A model generated the notes under the pieces. That model did not search any database. It had not been told where the DNA came from and saw only the letters and a program-made list of their open reading frames with translations. Below, piece after piece: positions 13,090 through 26,835 of a DNA stretch of 64,000 bases. Source of the DNA: Chiloscyllium plagiosum (Eukaryota); the NCBI RefSeq assembly GCF_004010195.1, contig NC_057718.1, positions 47,559,556 through 47,623,555 of the forward strand, read 5' to 3'. Position 1 is the stretch's first letter, and each line of letters starts with the position of its first letter. Made by a program: the position numbers and the translations under genes.

Positions 13090-13275
13090 TATATTGCTGT
13101 TCCCAAATCATTATTGGGTCAAAATCCTATAACTTTGCACTTAGCAGCAGGTTGTAGGAGTATCTTCAGCACATAACTGCAGCATTTCAAAAAGGTGGCC
13201 ACCTTTTCAAGGGCAATTAAGGATAGTCCGTGAACACTGGCATTGCCAGCAATGATCATGTCCCATGAATCAATT
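13090..13275 (+). mobile_element. Old LINE (CR1/L2 group) 3' fragment
   Basis: Similar to the reverse complement of 7225-7545. Confidence 0.5.
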
Positions 13276-14295
13276 TTTAAAATGCAATTTTTGGTAAAAG
13301 GAATCCTGGTAAAATGCAGAAATTTGAAGAAGACAAAACTGTTTTTATGAAGCTAGAAATATTTCTTCCACAATGCCTAGCTAAAAAATACATCTTCAGG
13401 ACTGTCTGTTATTGTGAAAAGATTTCCTGTAGATTGCGGCTGGGTTGTCTCAGTATAATCCAAACAGAGATAGCATCAGATTTATTGCATCATTGGTTAA
13501 CTTGTTGTGACACTGGTTGGTCTTTATGTTGAATGTGTCCAATTCAATTCTTCCCTTTCAGATCACTGGATTAGATTTGAAATAAAGTTGATGTCTGACA
13601 TTCATTATTAACTATAATAGTTAATTAAACTTGTTTCTTGAGATAATGATTTTTTGAGTTGCAATGTTTTAAAATATTTTTGTATAATTTAAATGTAAGT
13701 TTGGAAGTTAATAAAGAAGCTGTTTCTTGGATCATGTTTATATGACACCAGTATCTTTCAAGAGTGATTGAGTTAAACTGAAGGATATCAGTACAATGAT
13801 GCATCTTTTCCCTTTTAACTGTCTCGATATGATTTATTAATCCTTGACATTTGATCTTATGATTTTTCTGTTCCAGTTAGTAAAGCGATAAATTCAGGAT
13901 CTATGTTTTTGCTGGATAGGAAATTAATGACACCTTCCATTACTAAAGAGAAAATGGTATTAGTCAAAAGTTGCTGCAAACAATGTATTAAAGTATACAC
14001 AGTACAGGGAAAGGTCATAGCGCATAATTTCTGATATTGTAAAGCCCAAGCAACAATGCTGTAATATGCATGGTTTTCCAGTCAGATAATGTGCACATGC
14101 ACTGTGTCAGCTCTATAGTCCAAGGCTATTCACTACAAAGCATATGAGATATCTCAGAAGATTACTTCCATATCCAACTAGCACATTGTTGATGATTGTC
14201 ACCAAGTATAATGTCTTTGTAGCTTGTTGCACTGTAAGAATTTAGGCACTCTTGGCTGATGTCAATGAATATTTTCAATAATTTTAACATATATA

Positions 14296-14621
14296 GGGTG
14301 GCACGGTGGTTCAGTGGTTAACACTGCTGCCTCACAAGTGCCAGGGACCCAAGTTCAATTCCCACCTCAGGTGACTGTGTGGGGAGTTTGCACATTCTCC
14401 CTGTGTCTGTGTGGGTTTCCTCCGGGTTCTCTGGTCTCCTCCCACAATCCAAAGATGTGCAGGTCAGGTGAATTGGCTATGCTAAATTGCCCATAGTGTT
14501 AGGTGCATTAGTCAGGGGTAATAATAGAGTAGGGGAATGGGTCTGAGTGGGCTACTCTTCGGAGGGTCAGTGTGAACTTGTTGAGCAAAAGGGCTGTTTC
14601 CATGCTGTAGGAAATCTAATC
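14296..14621 (+). mobile_element. HE1-like V-SINE
   Basis: tRNA-like head, V-domain and CR1-like tail matching the other copies. Confidence 0.9.
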
Positions 14622-16089
14622 AGCAGATTATAATCTCATTTGCAGGCCCAGAATCTGCAATGAATAGAAAGGGGAAAATAATCAAATAATGTTTTTCCTC
14701 TCTCGCAGCTAAAAAGTTTTTGTAGCACAGTGGCACATCCTTACCTCAGTCAAAAGCTCCAGGTGTGAGTCCCACTATAGGATCTGTTGCCAAGGAATGT
14801 GCATTCATAATGTAGCTAAACAGACTGATGCATCAAGCTGCAAATCCCTCTACATGTGTTAATGGTAAGTGGCAAGATTGGAAAAGATTCCAGGTTAGCT
14901 TTTTGATGCAAGGATAGTTGGAGCCTCTACAGTCACTATCCATAGCTCCAGACCATAATATGCATATAAAGTGCATACTATCACAGCAACTCTGCATGAT
15001 CTGTAACACGCTAACAGCACAATTAATAGTGACATATGAAGTGTTCAAAAGACTTTGTCTTCAGGGATTGAACTTGACAATTTATAGGTACCAAGAGAAC
15101 AAAACAGGAATCGGAGTTATAAAACACTGAACAAACTTTTAATATTAATAAATTCTTCTTACAGACAACTTGGGCATTCAACAAGTTAAATCAGAAGATA
15201 ATTTATTTTAGTTTTTACAGTTTATGACTTATTAACAAAGTGATTGGCCCCTCAGGAATATCAGACAATTCGGTTTATCCCCATTCCAAGAAACTCAACA
15301 ACTTAAATTAAATTACGCTTACATTTTATCAGTATAAGCAAAGCATCCATAAATAGTTTCTTAGTATGAAAAAGCATAGAAAGTGTAGAAATTCTAACTG
15401 GTGTGTCAGTTTTGCCCATAAATGGAATTTACAGGTCAATGACCACTATCCAAATAACATGTGCATCGCACAAGTACTAATGATCATTGCCAAGAAGGGC
15501 AAATCCATCTTCCTTTGACATTCAACTGCTTTATTGTTGTTGAGTCACAACATCCTGGGGATTGCCATTGTCTCAACTTAACTGAACCAGCCATGTAAAC
15601 GGCAGAGCAAGTCACATACTGTAAATTCTGTGGTACTCCACCTCTTTTCTCTTGTAGAGCTTGTCCACAATCTATAAGACAGGAATGTGGTTGAAGGTTA
15701 ACAAGGATCAATAAGACCTTGGTTTTGGTAGCTCTATGCAAGAAAAAGACAATTGAAGAGAGAATAGAAAAATAAATCTGTGCCCAGTTAATGGCTGTCA
15801 TGAACTGGTATCCTGAATTGGTTAAACTGTAAAATCACTATTTTTATTAAGTATTATTTCTTTTGTACTTATTATGATAAACATGATAAATTCTATAAAG
15901 CTTGCAAGAACATATCTGTATCCAGAATGGGTATTATAACTAAATCTAATAAGCTTTTGGATTGACTCTCAAATTAGTCTATAATTAGAATTGACTTAGT
16001 TCTTACAAATTAAAATTAGTGAACTCCAAAATCATACAGCAGGTCATATTGAATATAATGTTTAAAAAAATACAATACTTTAGTTTCAT

Positions 16090-16600
16090 CAGTGGAAGTA
16101 GGGAACAAGGAAAGTAATGGTAAACTTTAGCTGAGGCCTAACCAGTGAATCATAAAGCATTGTGCCCGATTGTGGATTCCCCACACTCAAAAGAATGTCA
16201 AAGCCTTGGGGAGTGCAGAAGAGATTTATCAGTATGGTGCTATTGAGGGAGTGTGAAGTTGCTATTGCAGTTGTGTGGAGAGATGACAAATGCGAGTAGG
16301 AATATTTTATAGATGTTTTCAAAATTATGAAGGTTGCATGATAGTGAAATCATTTTTTACTAATCTAGACGGTCAGTAATGTCAGCATCAAAAGAAAGAA
16401 ATTTATTTGCCAAAAATTCAACAAGGAAATTAAAATATTGTTTCTTTGTGCAGTAACTTGTTATAACCAGAATGCACTACCTGAAAGGGTTGGAGAAGCA
16501 AATTCCATTGGAATTTTCAAAAAGGGATTTGGATAAATATTGGAAAAGGATAAATACAGGCAGTGCTGGGATTGCAAACAGATTCTGTTCTGCACTGTTT
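16090..16600 (+). mobile_element. Highly decayed CR1 3' fragment
   Basis: gagtgcagaagagatttatcagtatg, ttttcaaaattatgaagg, aatgcactacctgaaaggg resemble the CR1 C-terminus. Confidence 0.6.
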
Positions 16601-17712
16601 GTAGGTATGGGAAATGTTCAAATGTCAGGACACTAAAACTATAATCACATATGAAACCACATTCATAATTACGAGCATTTACAAGTCAGATGTTTGTAAT
16701 TTGGGAACCCCTATAAGCAGGTCTTTGGGGAAGGAGCAATGAAGTGAGACTAATTGGACAGTTCTTTCCAAAGAGCTGGATGATCAAAGTATGTTGAATA
16801 GTTTTATTTTGTGTGATTCTAAGTACAAGCCTACAAACTACTGTAAACCAGTTTAGGAGAAGATAAACATTTAGGTTTCTTAACTGTCCCAGCTTATTCG
16901 ACAGCAATAGAACAATTACAGTTTTTAAAAAAACCAAGGTAATTCACAGAAGTGTAATGAAGCAAACATTCAATATCAAAACCGCGTAGAGGCATTAGAT
17001 AAATTGATTAAACGTTGATCAAAAAGGTAAGTTTTCAGGAGTGCCTTAGTGGAAAGGAGAGAAGTTAGGGAAGGAGTTCCAGTCAGACAAAAGTCTGAAC
17101 ATGTCGGCTATTTACCAATACCTCATTGTACATGAAAGTTAATAAATTGCACTTTTAGCATTGCATTTTGAGAAAAAAACAATTTTTGATATCTGGTAAT
17201 TCATTTCATCAAAAGAAAAAAGGATTTTCGAGCCTCTTGATTTTTAATAAGATTCAGTTTGTGCTTTGAAACAATCAGACATTCAAAGGTTTGAAGCTTA
17301 AATTGAAGACCATAATTCATCTAAGAGAATATATTTGGCTAATAAATAAATATGATGCCTACTCTTGTTCAAAATGATTTTAAAATTTGCCAATTAAAAG
17401 CAGAGTTTTAAAGCTTCTGGATATATTTCTAAATCCCCAAACTTATTATTGGTGATCAAAAGATTTACAAACAGCTTTAGAAATCTAAATGGAATCCAGA
17501 AACAGGCAAATCAGTCAGTCTAAGCAATTAAGCAGGACACAATCAATTCATAACTCCCATGTGTTTGAAGCTGTCATGATATTTTGATAATAGTTGGAAC
17601 AATGCTGTTATGGATGTTCAACAGATTATAGTGTCAGTAGATCAAAGCAGTTTGTTTTAATTCATTTCAGGGTTTTAACTATCAAAAATGCTTTTTGTTT
17701 TGTTACCCATGT

Positions 17713-17945
17713 TGTGTGTGTGCAGGTGTGAGAGACAGTGAAAGACAACAGGTGTGCAAATCTGTATTCAATTTCCACCACCAGGGAGAAAGGAAACACC
17801 CAAGTGGCCAGTGACTAGCAGTGCCCTTCTCAGAGGGCATTGCTGCATGATCAAACAGTGAAAGGCAGGGCCGGGATTAAATCAAGATAGAGTTTGAGGG
17901 GGAAATAATACACTCCACTCTCTTTGGTGCCTACCTCTCCCTGAA
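17713..17945 (-). mobile_element. Possible Tx1/L1-clade LINE 3' end
   Basis: Minus translation ...APKRVECIISPSNSILI* followed by a short 3' UTR; family assignment from memory only. Confidence 0.45.
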
Positions 17946-17959
17946 AATCAAAAATGCCA

Positions 17960-18610
17960 TTATTTGCACATAGCAAGTTAATTTTCAAAATTTCTCATGA
18001 ACCTGGTGAAGGGGATGGTGCAGTACTAACTTTCCGGTGGTCTAGTATCAGAGGCCATGAGACCAGACTCTGCCACCCAGGTCAACGTGGACTCCACATT
18101 GTGGAGGAATGCCTAGCAGCGCTGCAAGGTCAGTGACCTTTCCCACTCCACAAGGTAAGTACTACACTCCTCTGTGCTCTCACTCTCATCCTATTTCTGT
18201 TTATGTGCCCACCTCCTGCCAAGGCTCACACTAATACACTCTCACTTTTGCATGCAACGTCTGCTCTCACTTGCTTCCCCCTTCCCCAGCCACCCAGACT
18301 AGGAACCCTACCTGCTATCTGCACTACCTACTCATTTCCTTGGAAGACCTCATCACTTCTTAACCACCTGCACCAGCACCAATAGCAGTGCCACTTCCTG
18401 ACATTCTGCTCATTCAATCCCTCCCTTTCTCCTATTCAAGGAGAAGACAGCTAACAAGAGGACAGATAGGGCCTGGAAGGATGGAGGGGTACCTGACATC
18501 GGAATCTTCACCCTGCACAAGGAGAGAAACCATCCCTCGCAGGAGAAGACCAGAACTACTGCTGTGGAGTTGCCAAGCGATTCACGTCTCATCATTATTG
18601 GCGGTCCTTC
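17960..18610 (+). mobile_element. Possible PIF/Harbinger Myb/SANT-like gene remnant with an intron
   Basis: QVNVDSTLWRNA*QRCKVSDL, gtaagt donor near 18155, C/T-rich intron, then EKTANKRTDRAWKDGGVPDI. Confidence 0.4.
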
Positions 18611-18614
18611 ACAG

Positions 18615-18920
18615 ATAAGAGTGACTCTCTTCCACTTGCAGGGCGAGTCTGTCGGTGGCTTTACAGAACAATGTGGCTGCTGTAAACTCTTATACTCGGG
18701 GCAGAATTGGTTGTGGGAAGAGGTGGGTGGGGCATGCTGTTTTCACCTGGCTTCCGCATTTTCCTGACAGTAAGTCTCAAGGTGCTCAATGCCTTCTCGG
18801 ATGCTCCTCCTTCACTTTGGGTGGTCTTGGGCAGTGATTCCCAGATATCGATGGGAATGCCGCACTTCACCAATGAGGCCTTGAGGATATCATTGATGCG
18901 CATCCTCTGTCCACCTGGCT
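18615..18920 (-). mobile_element. RTE-clade LINE 3' fragment
   Basis: RINDILKASLVKCGIPIDIWESL resembles the RTE/BovB-type ORF C-terminus. Confidence 0.7.
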
Positions 18921-20040
18921 ACCATTGTATACCATTTGTAACTACTGGCACTGACATCTTCTCTCCCTTTTGTGTTAGCGGTATCGCTAGGATTGCAGGA
19001 TGTTCATAAACCTTGCAGAGAAGCAGCATATTATATCAGAAGCCAACTACAATAAGGCTGAGTATAGAGGCTTCAGGTTGAAGCATAGGCTTCCTGCATC
19101 CTTTACCTGCTCAGATACTGACAGTACAACGGGGATATCAGCCTTACAGTTTTGACAGCAGAATCTAGTGAGCACGTCCGTGCTTCGGCTGTGGAGCTAG
19201 TAGAGGAATAAATGACCAGGCCACTGGCATTTAGAGAGCTGTTGGAGTTTAAACATATGCTCAGCCTCAGGCAGCAGTGTCAGTAATCAGGAACTTCATC
19301 CACATGTACATAGAAGAACAGGACTGGAACTTTGATGACATAGGTGACAGTGCACTGTATTGGAAGTACCATGTTTGTACAGATCTGATTGTTTTTGCAC
19401 TACATCCATTTGTTCAACTCTGCATAGCTCTGAATGTAACTGTGCCACCATGATGCCTAGCTTCATGTCCATACAAGATACACCATGCATTGAGTATTTA
19501 GAGCTTTACTGTTGCATGTGGAAGATAAACAAAGACTTATATGCTTTGGGATATGCTGAAACTATTGTCCTTGATGCTCAAGCATCTTTAATCTTTCCCT
19601 AGCATCTATATCAAAAAGTGTCAGAGTGAATGAAGTGTACGGCAGTATGTGGACCTCAACAAACAGCCAAGGCTTTATGATTCCCCGGGGATGAGGGATC
19701 CACAGGTCTGTGTTCTGTACTGTGTAGTTGTATGGAATTTTGTTTCCTCTTTAAAGGCCAAACATAGTGGTGGGAATTGCATGCCCCTCCTTCACAAGTC
19801 AAGTCACTTATTCTGTCCACTCAGTGTGATCTCAGCCATTGTCTTTCCCATTATGTACAATTGAAGATGACAGTGTGTGCTCATCAGCCAGTGGATTCCA
19901 GCCTCTGCCTGTAAGTGTAGACCTAAATCCAAATGGCCCTGTGAGCTCTCTGGACTTTGCATATGCCCAGATCCCCACTTGTCTGAATGAGCCTTCACCT
20001 GCTAACCTTTTCCCCAACAACCCTGGCATGAGGTAACTGA

Positions 20041-20122
20041 GGAGAAAGTGAGGACTGCAGATGCTGGAGATCAGAGCTGAAAATGTGTTGCTGGAAAAGT
20101 GCAGCAGGTCAGGCAGCATCCA
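20041..20122 (-). mobile_element. 82-bp retroelement 3' tail (probably Penelope-type) with a 10-bp target-site duplication
   Basis: aggtaactga at 20031-20040 and 20123-20132; the same tail occurs at 40862-40886. Confidence 0.65.
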
Positions 20123-21485
20123 AGGTAACTGAACCAAATGTGGTCACCCTGTCCTGCCCCGAAATCAAGTTGCTCCTGATTGTGGACAAGCCCTCCAACT
20201 TGCATTACCTTATTCCCATCCATGCTTTACCATTTCCACTTACAAATACTGTGGCACTACCTCAAAATGGTGATTCCCTTTCTGCAGCCCCCACCGCCAT
20301 TACTCCCCAGACTGCCCTCTGTGGAACCTGTTGGCTTGCTGTCCATGCAGTGGATTTTCCATCCACTTGCAGGCTATTTAGGAAGCAAAGACCCACATTA
20401 CAAGCTGCAGCAGTATTGCATCCAGGTATAGGCTGCACCTCAGGGCTGCTCACTTAGCTTCCCTGCCTTGCCTTTCATTGCTATACCAAATCATGCAGCC
20501 TGATCCTGGATGCAATACAGCAGCATTGCAACTTGCTGGGAGGGGTTGGCCATATTGGATTCCAACATCAGTGGACAGATTGTGCTGCGAGATATTATTC
20601 TGTGCTGAGTAACTTAAAGGCTAGTCGCAGCCAACAGAAGGCACCAGGTGCCTGTACTGACTTCCACGACAAGAATTCTCAATGGTTAGTTTGTTCACAT
20701 AGTTGGTAAGAGAAATATGAATATTATTAATATCTCAAATCACCTCATTAAAGTTTTGAACAACCTATAAATCCCCAAGCAAGTTGATCAGGACATTGAA
20801 ACTTTTTGCATAATTCTATCACATCCCTATAAGATTCTGTTCATGCCAATTACTGAAAATAATGCTGGTCTTATTGTAGAGAAAATGTTACCTCATGTCA
20901 TGTAATAAGAATCTGATACATAAAAATTATCAAGGATCAGAACCAATATGAGGGGGAGTTTAATATCATTCAACGAATCCCACATCTGAAAGTTATGCCA
21001 CTAAGGGGCAGCATAAAAGCCTTCATAGAATACAGATGTGATTATACAAGGAAAGAAAGTAACATTGCTGAAGATGTGTTGACTGCATTCAAGCATGATA
21101 TAAAGGCTACAGATATTTTAATTTGGAAATATAAATTGGAAAAAAACACAAGTTTCACTGTTTTGTTGCAGAGAATTAATCAGTTGTGCTTTTTGTTTTG
21201 TAACTCAAAGGAGATCTGTTACACAAAGACATCTAATTTTTAAAGAAAGCAAATTCCATCACTTTTGCACTGCTACCAGTTACTTTGAAAGCAAAGTAAC
21301 TTGTGCCAGTACAAGTGTGTTTGGATTAGTTAAAGTACAGTTTATCACATAACTGAGGAACAAGTAGATCTCAGACCTCCAAAAAGCCTTTAAAGTAAGC
21401 CGGATCTTTCTTTGAAAATGAAGTAACATTGAAAGATCGTACAAAAAAAAATGAGAATTTTGAAATTAAACCCAAGACTTCAATA

Positions 21486-21581
21486 TTCTGAACGAGGATC
21501 ACTGGACTCAATGTGAACTCTGTTTTCTCTCCACAGATTTTGCCAGATCTGCAGAGTTTCTCCAGTAATTTCTGTTTTTGT
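21486..21581 (+). mobile_element. Decayed Penelope-type terminal-repeat fragment
   Basis: aactctgttttctctccacagattttgccagatctgcagagtttctccag, homologous to the reverse complement of 29962-30066. Confidence 0.5.
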
Positions 21582-22299
21582 ATACTTCAACTGACTGGCT
21601 ACCAAATTAAGGATTGCCACGATCCATAATGTGATTTCAGGAAAACACTGGGAAGACAGTTCAGTGGTCTTTGGCTACAAGGTTTGCGAAGATGATTTGT
21701 GCTGATCCAGACGCTGCTACTCATTCTCCAGATATTTTCATTCGTTAGCAGTTTATTTCCCTGTGCCTCCTGCCATCTTCAGGTTTGAGATGATTTTACT
21801 GCAGAACAAAAGACAGATCCTGCTTTGCTGAGATCTGATTACATCTGCCAAAACATTCACAGGCTCCAGGCTCTTCAACTACCTGGGAACATTTCAACTA
21901 GATGGTAGGCAGAAAGCCTTATGTCAGTAAGTGGTTACCAGTTCAGGGACCAATCACCTACTTGTTGCTAGCCAAAACTCTATTTGGACACACCCCTTAG
22001 CTCCAGCTTGCTTGTAAACTAGACTTCCACTACTGCTTGAACAAGCAGCCATATAAACAAAACTTGCAATGAGTGTCAGGTTTCTTGCTTTTTAAAAAGT
22101 AAAGCAATCCTTCAACAATCCATGCTTTTAATTTTTTTTTTCATTTCAGCCCATATCAAAGAAATAGAGAAAAAAAGAGAAACACTATATTCTTTGTACC
22201 ATTGTGTAAAGACTGTGACAGCATAAAATAAAGAGTATTATTCTGAAATGTGTTGGGGAGCAGAGAGATCTGTGTGTATATGTGCATAAACCATTATTT

Positions 22300-22930
22300 C
22301 TGGCAGGACAGGTTTAAAAAAGTATGCAATATTCCAGGCTTCATTAATAGGGGCATAAAATACAAGAGCAAGGAAGCTATGCTGAACCTTTATAGGACAC
22401 TGATTAGACCTTACCTGGAGTATGTGTAGAGTTTTGGGCACTGAACTTTGGGAAGCTTGTGAACATATTGGAGAGAATACAGAAGAGGTTTATGATAATA
22501 TTTCCAGGTACAAGAAACTTCAGTTATGAGAAAAGATATTAAATAAAACAAAATCAGAATTCTTTCCCCTGCAAAGAAGCTTGAGAGAAGAACTAATAGA
22601 AGTTTTTAAAATCACAAATAGTATTATCAGATATGAAAAAAGCTCTGGTTTGCAATATGATTGAAAACCAGAAGGCACAGTTCTAAAATGTTTTGCAAAA
22701 GTGGTAAATGTGAAATGAGAAACTTTTTTTTCCCCCACACAGCCAGTAGTTGAGAAATGGAAGGCATAACCTGGAAGTGAGGTGGAGGCAGGTTCATTTG
22801 AGACACTATTGCTATTCAAATAACCAATCAGGGTTATGTGAAAAGGCAGGAGTTTAGGCACCAAATCAAAATGCTCAGAAAGCTGGCATAGGAATGATTT
22901 AAGTGGCCTTTTCTTGCACTGTAACATTTC
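22300..22930 (+). mobile_element. Decayed CR1 3' fragment
   Basis: MLNLYRTLIRPYLEY-like motif and downstream CR1 3' motifs. Confidence 0.7.
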
Positions 22931-24019
22931 TGTGAATCAGTGGTCAGATTGCATAAAGAGGGTGAACAGGAGTAGTATGCAAGATAGTCACAGTGAAAAT
23001 GATTTTATGATTGTAAGTAGTCACTTGGTACTGTGGAAATCAGCAGCAAGTCTCTATCTTTGGCAATATTCATGCAATTAAAAAACACAAATAAGCTGTT
23101 CATCCCATTGAAAGCAAACAAAAGATGTCCCAAACAGAAGTTGTACCTACTAATGATATTTGTAATACAAAAAAGAAAATGTACAGATTGGATTGGTGTA
23201 GCTTAAGTTTTAATTTGATTACTGCTAGATTCACATATCATCTGAACTGCTGTGTGTAAATGTAATGCTACAAAATTATATTGTTCTTCAGGAATAAAAA
23301 CACAGAAGAAATACCGTTGGGTTGTTCAGAGTTTCAGACAACCCAGAAAAAAAAGGGACGTACTATTCAAAGCACCTTAGCCTGAACAGAACTTTCCTGG
23401 GGGGGGGAACAAACTTGAGAGGTCTGCATTGGAATGGGAAGGGATAGTAGAATTGGTTGCCTTTATGAAGAGGAGGCAAAATAATCAGCAAATTACTTTA
23501 TGAAATCTAGTGTGTGAGAATTTACTGTCTTTTTTTGTAAAAAGTACTATAATCATCATTTAAAGCCCCAGAAGAGGATGAAATAACTTGTTTTACAAGA
23601 AATGGCAGAGTGATTTTTTAAGAAAGGGATAAGTTTTGAAAGTGTATGAAAAGCGTACTAACAAATACAGAGCAAGAGAATGTTGATTTACCTTTGCCAG
23701 GCATGAGAGATTGATTTTAATTGAATGTACAATTAATGAAATGAAGTGCTTAAAATTATAGTAACAGCAGGAAGCAGCAACAATACAGCTGTGTATTGTA
23801 ACCAAAGACGTGGTCAAGGAGTCCTGAATAGTACAAAAACAAAATGATGCACATATCCAACAAAAAGCAAGATTGTATGGTCTGTTTAGCTGGACAAAAC
23901 TTCAAATTATACCAGGTAAAAACAAATGCAGTTGGGCAGTGGAGAGAGATAGTGCTGGAAATAGGTTTGGCTTCTTTACAAGTAGTAGAGAAACTATGCA
24001 CTGTTCTCATGAAGAACAA

Positions 24020-24180
24020 AGTGAAGTGTTGGTGGACAAAGTCAGAAGTCACATGACACCAGGTTGTAGTTCACTGGTTATATTTGAAATCACAAGCTTT
24101 CACTTGAAGGAACAGCGTTCCAAAAGATTGATTTCAAATAAACCTGTAGGACCATAATCTGGTGCCGTGTGACCTCTGAC
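24020..24180. mobile_element. Old fold-back mini element derived from a Penelope terminal repeat
   Basis: Imperfect inverted arms gtcagaagtcacatgacaccagg...tttgaaatca / tgatttcaaata...ctggtgccgtgtgacctctgac, similar to 29413-29500. Confidence 0.65.
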
Positions 24181-26800
24181 CTAAGAATGGTAGTGTGGAG
24201 TGACTGCACTCTTACAATTAAAGGGAAACAACGGAAGGATTCAAAATCATGAAGGATTTAAAATCATATCACAGATGTAGATGAATGGGGCCTGAACAAA
24301 TCGTGGATTAGGAGGAAACTCATTCAGTGGAGAAAAAAAGTCTACTAGGAACTGTAGATTTTAAGGTGAACAAAGAAATAGGTTAAGGACTTTAGGAAGG
24401 CATTGCGGTAAGGAAGGAGTTGAGATAAGATCAGATGAGATACCTTAATCCTGGATATGATAATTTAATATTCCATAATATTACTGTGATCCATGGGCAG
24501 ATAGGAATAGGACTCAAACAGTACTTCAGCTCAGCCAAGCAGAGACTTTCCTGCCATGACAAGAGAATCACTGTCATGAGCAATTCAACCCATGATAAGA
24601 AATTGGAAGTGAGAAGTGTTCTGAAAAAGACAGAGGTTAGTGAATGTGGGAAGAAGTACTAATGAACTTCAATAAAAACGTAGTAAAAGTAAAGCAAGCC
24701 GGAGGATACAGTTCCAAAGAATTATGAAAGCTGGAGAAAGTTAGGGTGAGACTTGATAAAGATTTCCCATCTGTGAAAGCAAAGGAAAAGCTCTAACGTT
24801 CTTGCGGAGGACAAAATGATCCAGTTCAGAAGAGAATTGTGAAAATAGGAAAGAAATTAGAAGGAGACAGAACAAAGAGAAAAGGAATATGGATTAGGGG
24901 AATAGTTGGTTTCCAATAATTTGCGTTTCTAGTCCTTGTAAACAGTGAAGGAAGAAAACCTTTTTTGTTCAAACGACAGGTACAACAAAATATAACTGGG
25001 AACTAATAAGCAGGACAGCTATGATATAGATTTGGCTTATATTGCTGAAGACAGTTCATGCAAACATGTTGCATGAAGTGGGGGAGATTGCACAAAACAC
25101 AATGATATTTGTAGGATTAATCTGTGAAAAGAAAGGCAGGATCTCAATTAGAATCCTTGCACAGCAAATCAGCAGTGGAAGCAATGTTGAGGAAAGAGAG
25201 GTAGTTGTTAAAATAAGCCTTGGCAAATAATCTGAGAAAAGAAATTCATGACCAGATGAAAGACAGTAAATAGGGGACAGGCTAGAAAATTATGGTAAAT
25301 AACAGGATTTAAATGTTAATTTTATTTGAAAAAGACAATTACTTAAACACTGCGCCCAAGAAACAAAATGGATATCTGAAATTAAAAGAAAACACTGAAA
25401 AATCACAAGTTTACTTTCTCATCCACCAAAAGAAATGGCAGATTAGATAAGCCATCAGAAGTGGAACAAAAATATAACCAAATCTGTTGGCAGCTTTGAT
25501 GAAAGAAAACAGATTCTCCAAACACATATTAAGTCAATAGTTCAAATAACATGTAACCTACTTAACAGAAAAGCAGGAAACAGGTGTTTTAGAAGATCTC
25601 AGCAAGGCGGTAACATTCATCAATCGTCAGTAATCAAATAAAGACAAATAGCTATAATTTTTAAGGTCAAACACAGACTTCGCAAACAGTGCAAATAACA
25701 AGATTTATTTTCAGATTCCTAACATTACCAAAGCAGATTATGTTAACTGTGTAAAAAGTGTTTTATCACTGTATTACGTTGTAAAGTGCAACTAAATTCA
25801 TTGGAAATTAGATTTACTGACTAGCATATTAATACTTGCAGTAATCTATTTAAAGCAACATTAGTCAGAAAAGCCGGGACGAAACACTGCAATAATTCTT
25901 CAAGTCAATCACAAACAATCAGCTTCCTCCTTGTTTAGTGTCTTTACCATGTACCATTCTACCAGCATGCAAAAGCAGTTATGAATAGTATGCTTACATT
26001 TATTCATCTCACTTGCCGGGCAAATTATTACAGGAAATTGGCAAATGTTTGGCACTTTCCTCTCAATTATTATTTAAAATTTATCAAATAAATAACCGCA
26101 TGGATATAATTACTTGTTCTAACAAGCCCCTAGCATAGTACGATTATAAAAGTTTTTTTTGAATTTATCAACTTACATTGGTGGAAATAAGTTGAAAGCA
26201 GTATATCCATTTGAGCTCAAGAGGGTTATAAATCAAATAATCAGATGAAAATGATGAATTTGGCCTTCTGACTGCAAATAATTACTATATTTTAACAGGT
26301 TCTGTAATTTTGTAAGTTGTCAAACAAATACAATAATTTATTGTGAATGCGACATCAACAGCAGGACACAGTTATAGTCAGTGCACATCCTTCCTGTCCC
26401 CACCCTGTCCCATGCCTGTTGCTCCTGTATCTCTCATTTCCCCATCAAACTGCTGTTTCCCTTTATCTTTTTGCTGTTTGAATAAAAATCCCTACTTATT
26501 TTTTGCGGTAATTAAAAGTCAGAAAATAATTTCAAGATTGCTGCTGTGAAGATATGGTTCCACAATAACACTCTCTGATTTGATCTTATTAATACATTAC
26601 AAATAACTAACATTTCCTGTGGGAGGAGGTAAGGTTGCATGGATAAAGAAAGCTTTACCCAGTGAGACAAGGAAACAAAAAATTATTAGCACGACTACAT
26701 TGTAGTGTGTAGAATCAAAACTACAACTTTTTGCGGTGGAATGATGCATGTTTAACTTTTACACAACACCAAGTTATAGTCCAACAGGTTTATTTGGAGG

Positions 26801-26835
26801 CACTAACTTTCGAAGCGCTGCTCCTTCATCAGGTG
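26801..26835 (-). ncRNA. Minimal type I hammerhead ribozyme motif in the PLE terminal repeat
   Basis: Minus strand CAC-CUGAUGA-A-GGAGC-agc-GCUUC-GAAA-GUUA-GUG: core boxes intact, stem II pairs, CAC/GUG stem I. Confidence 0.65.
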
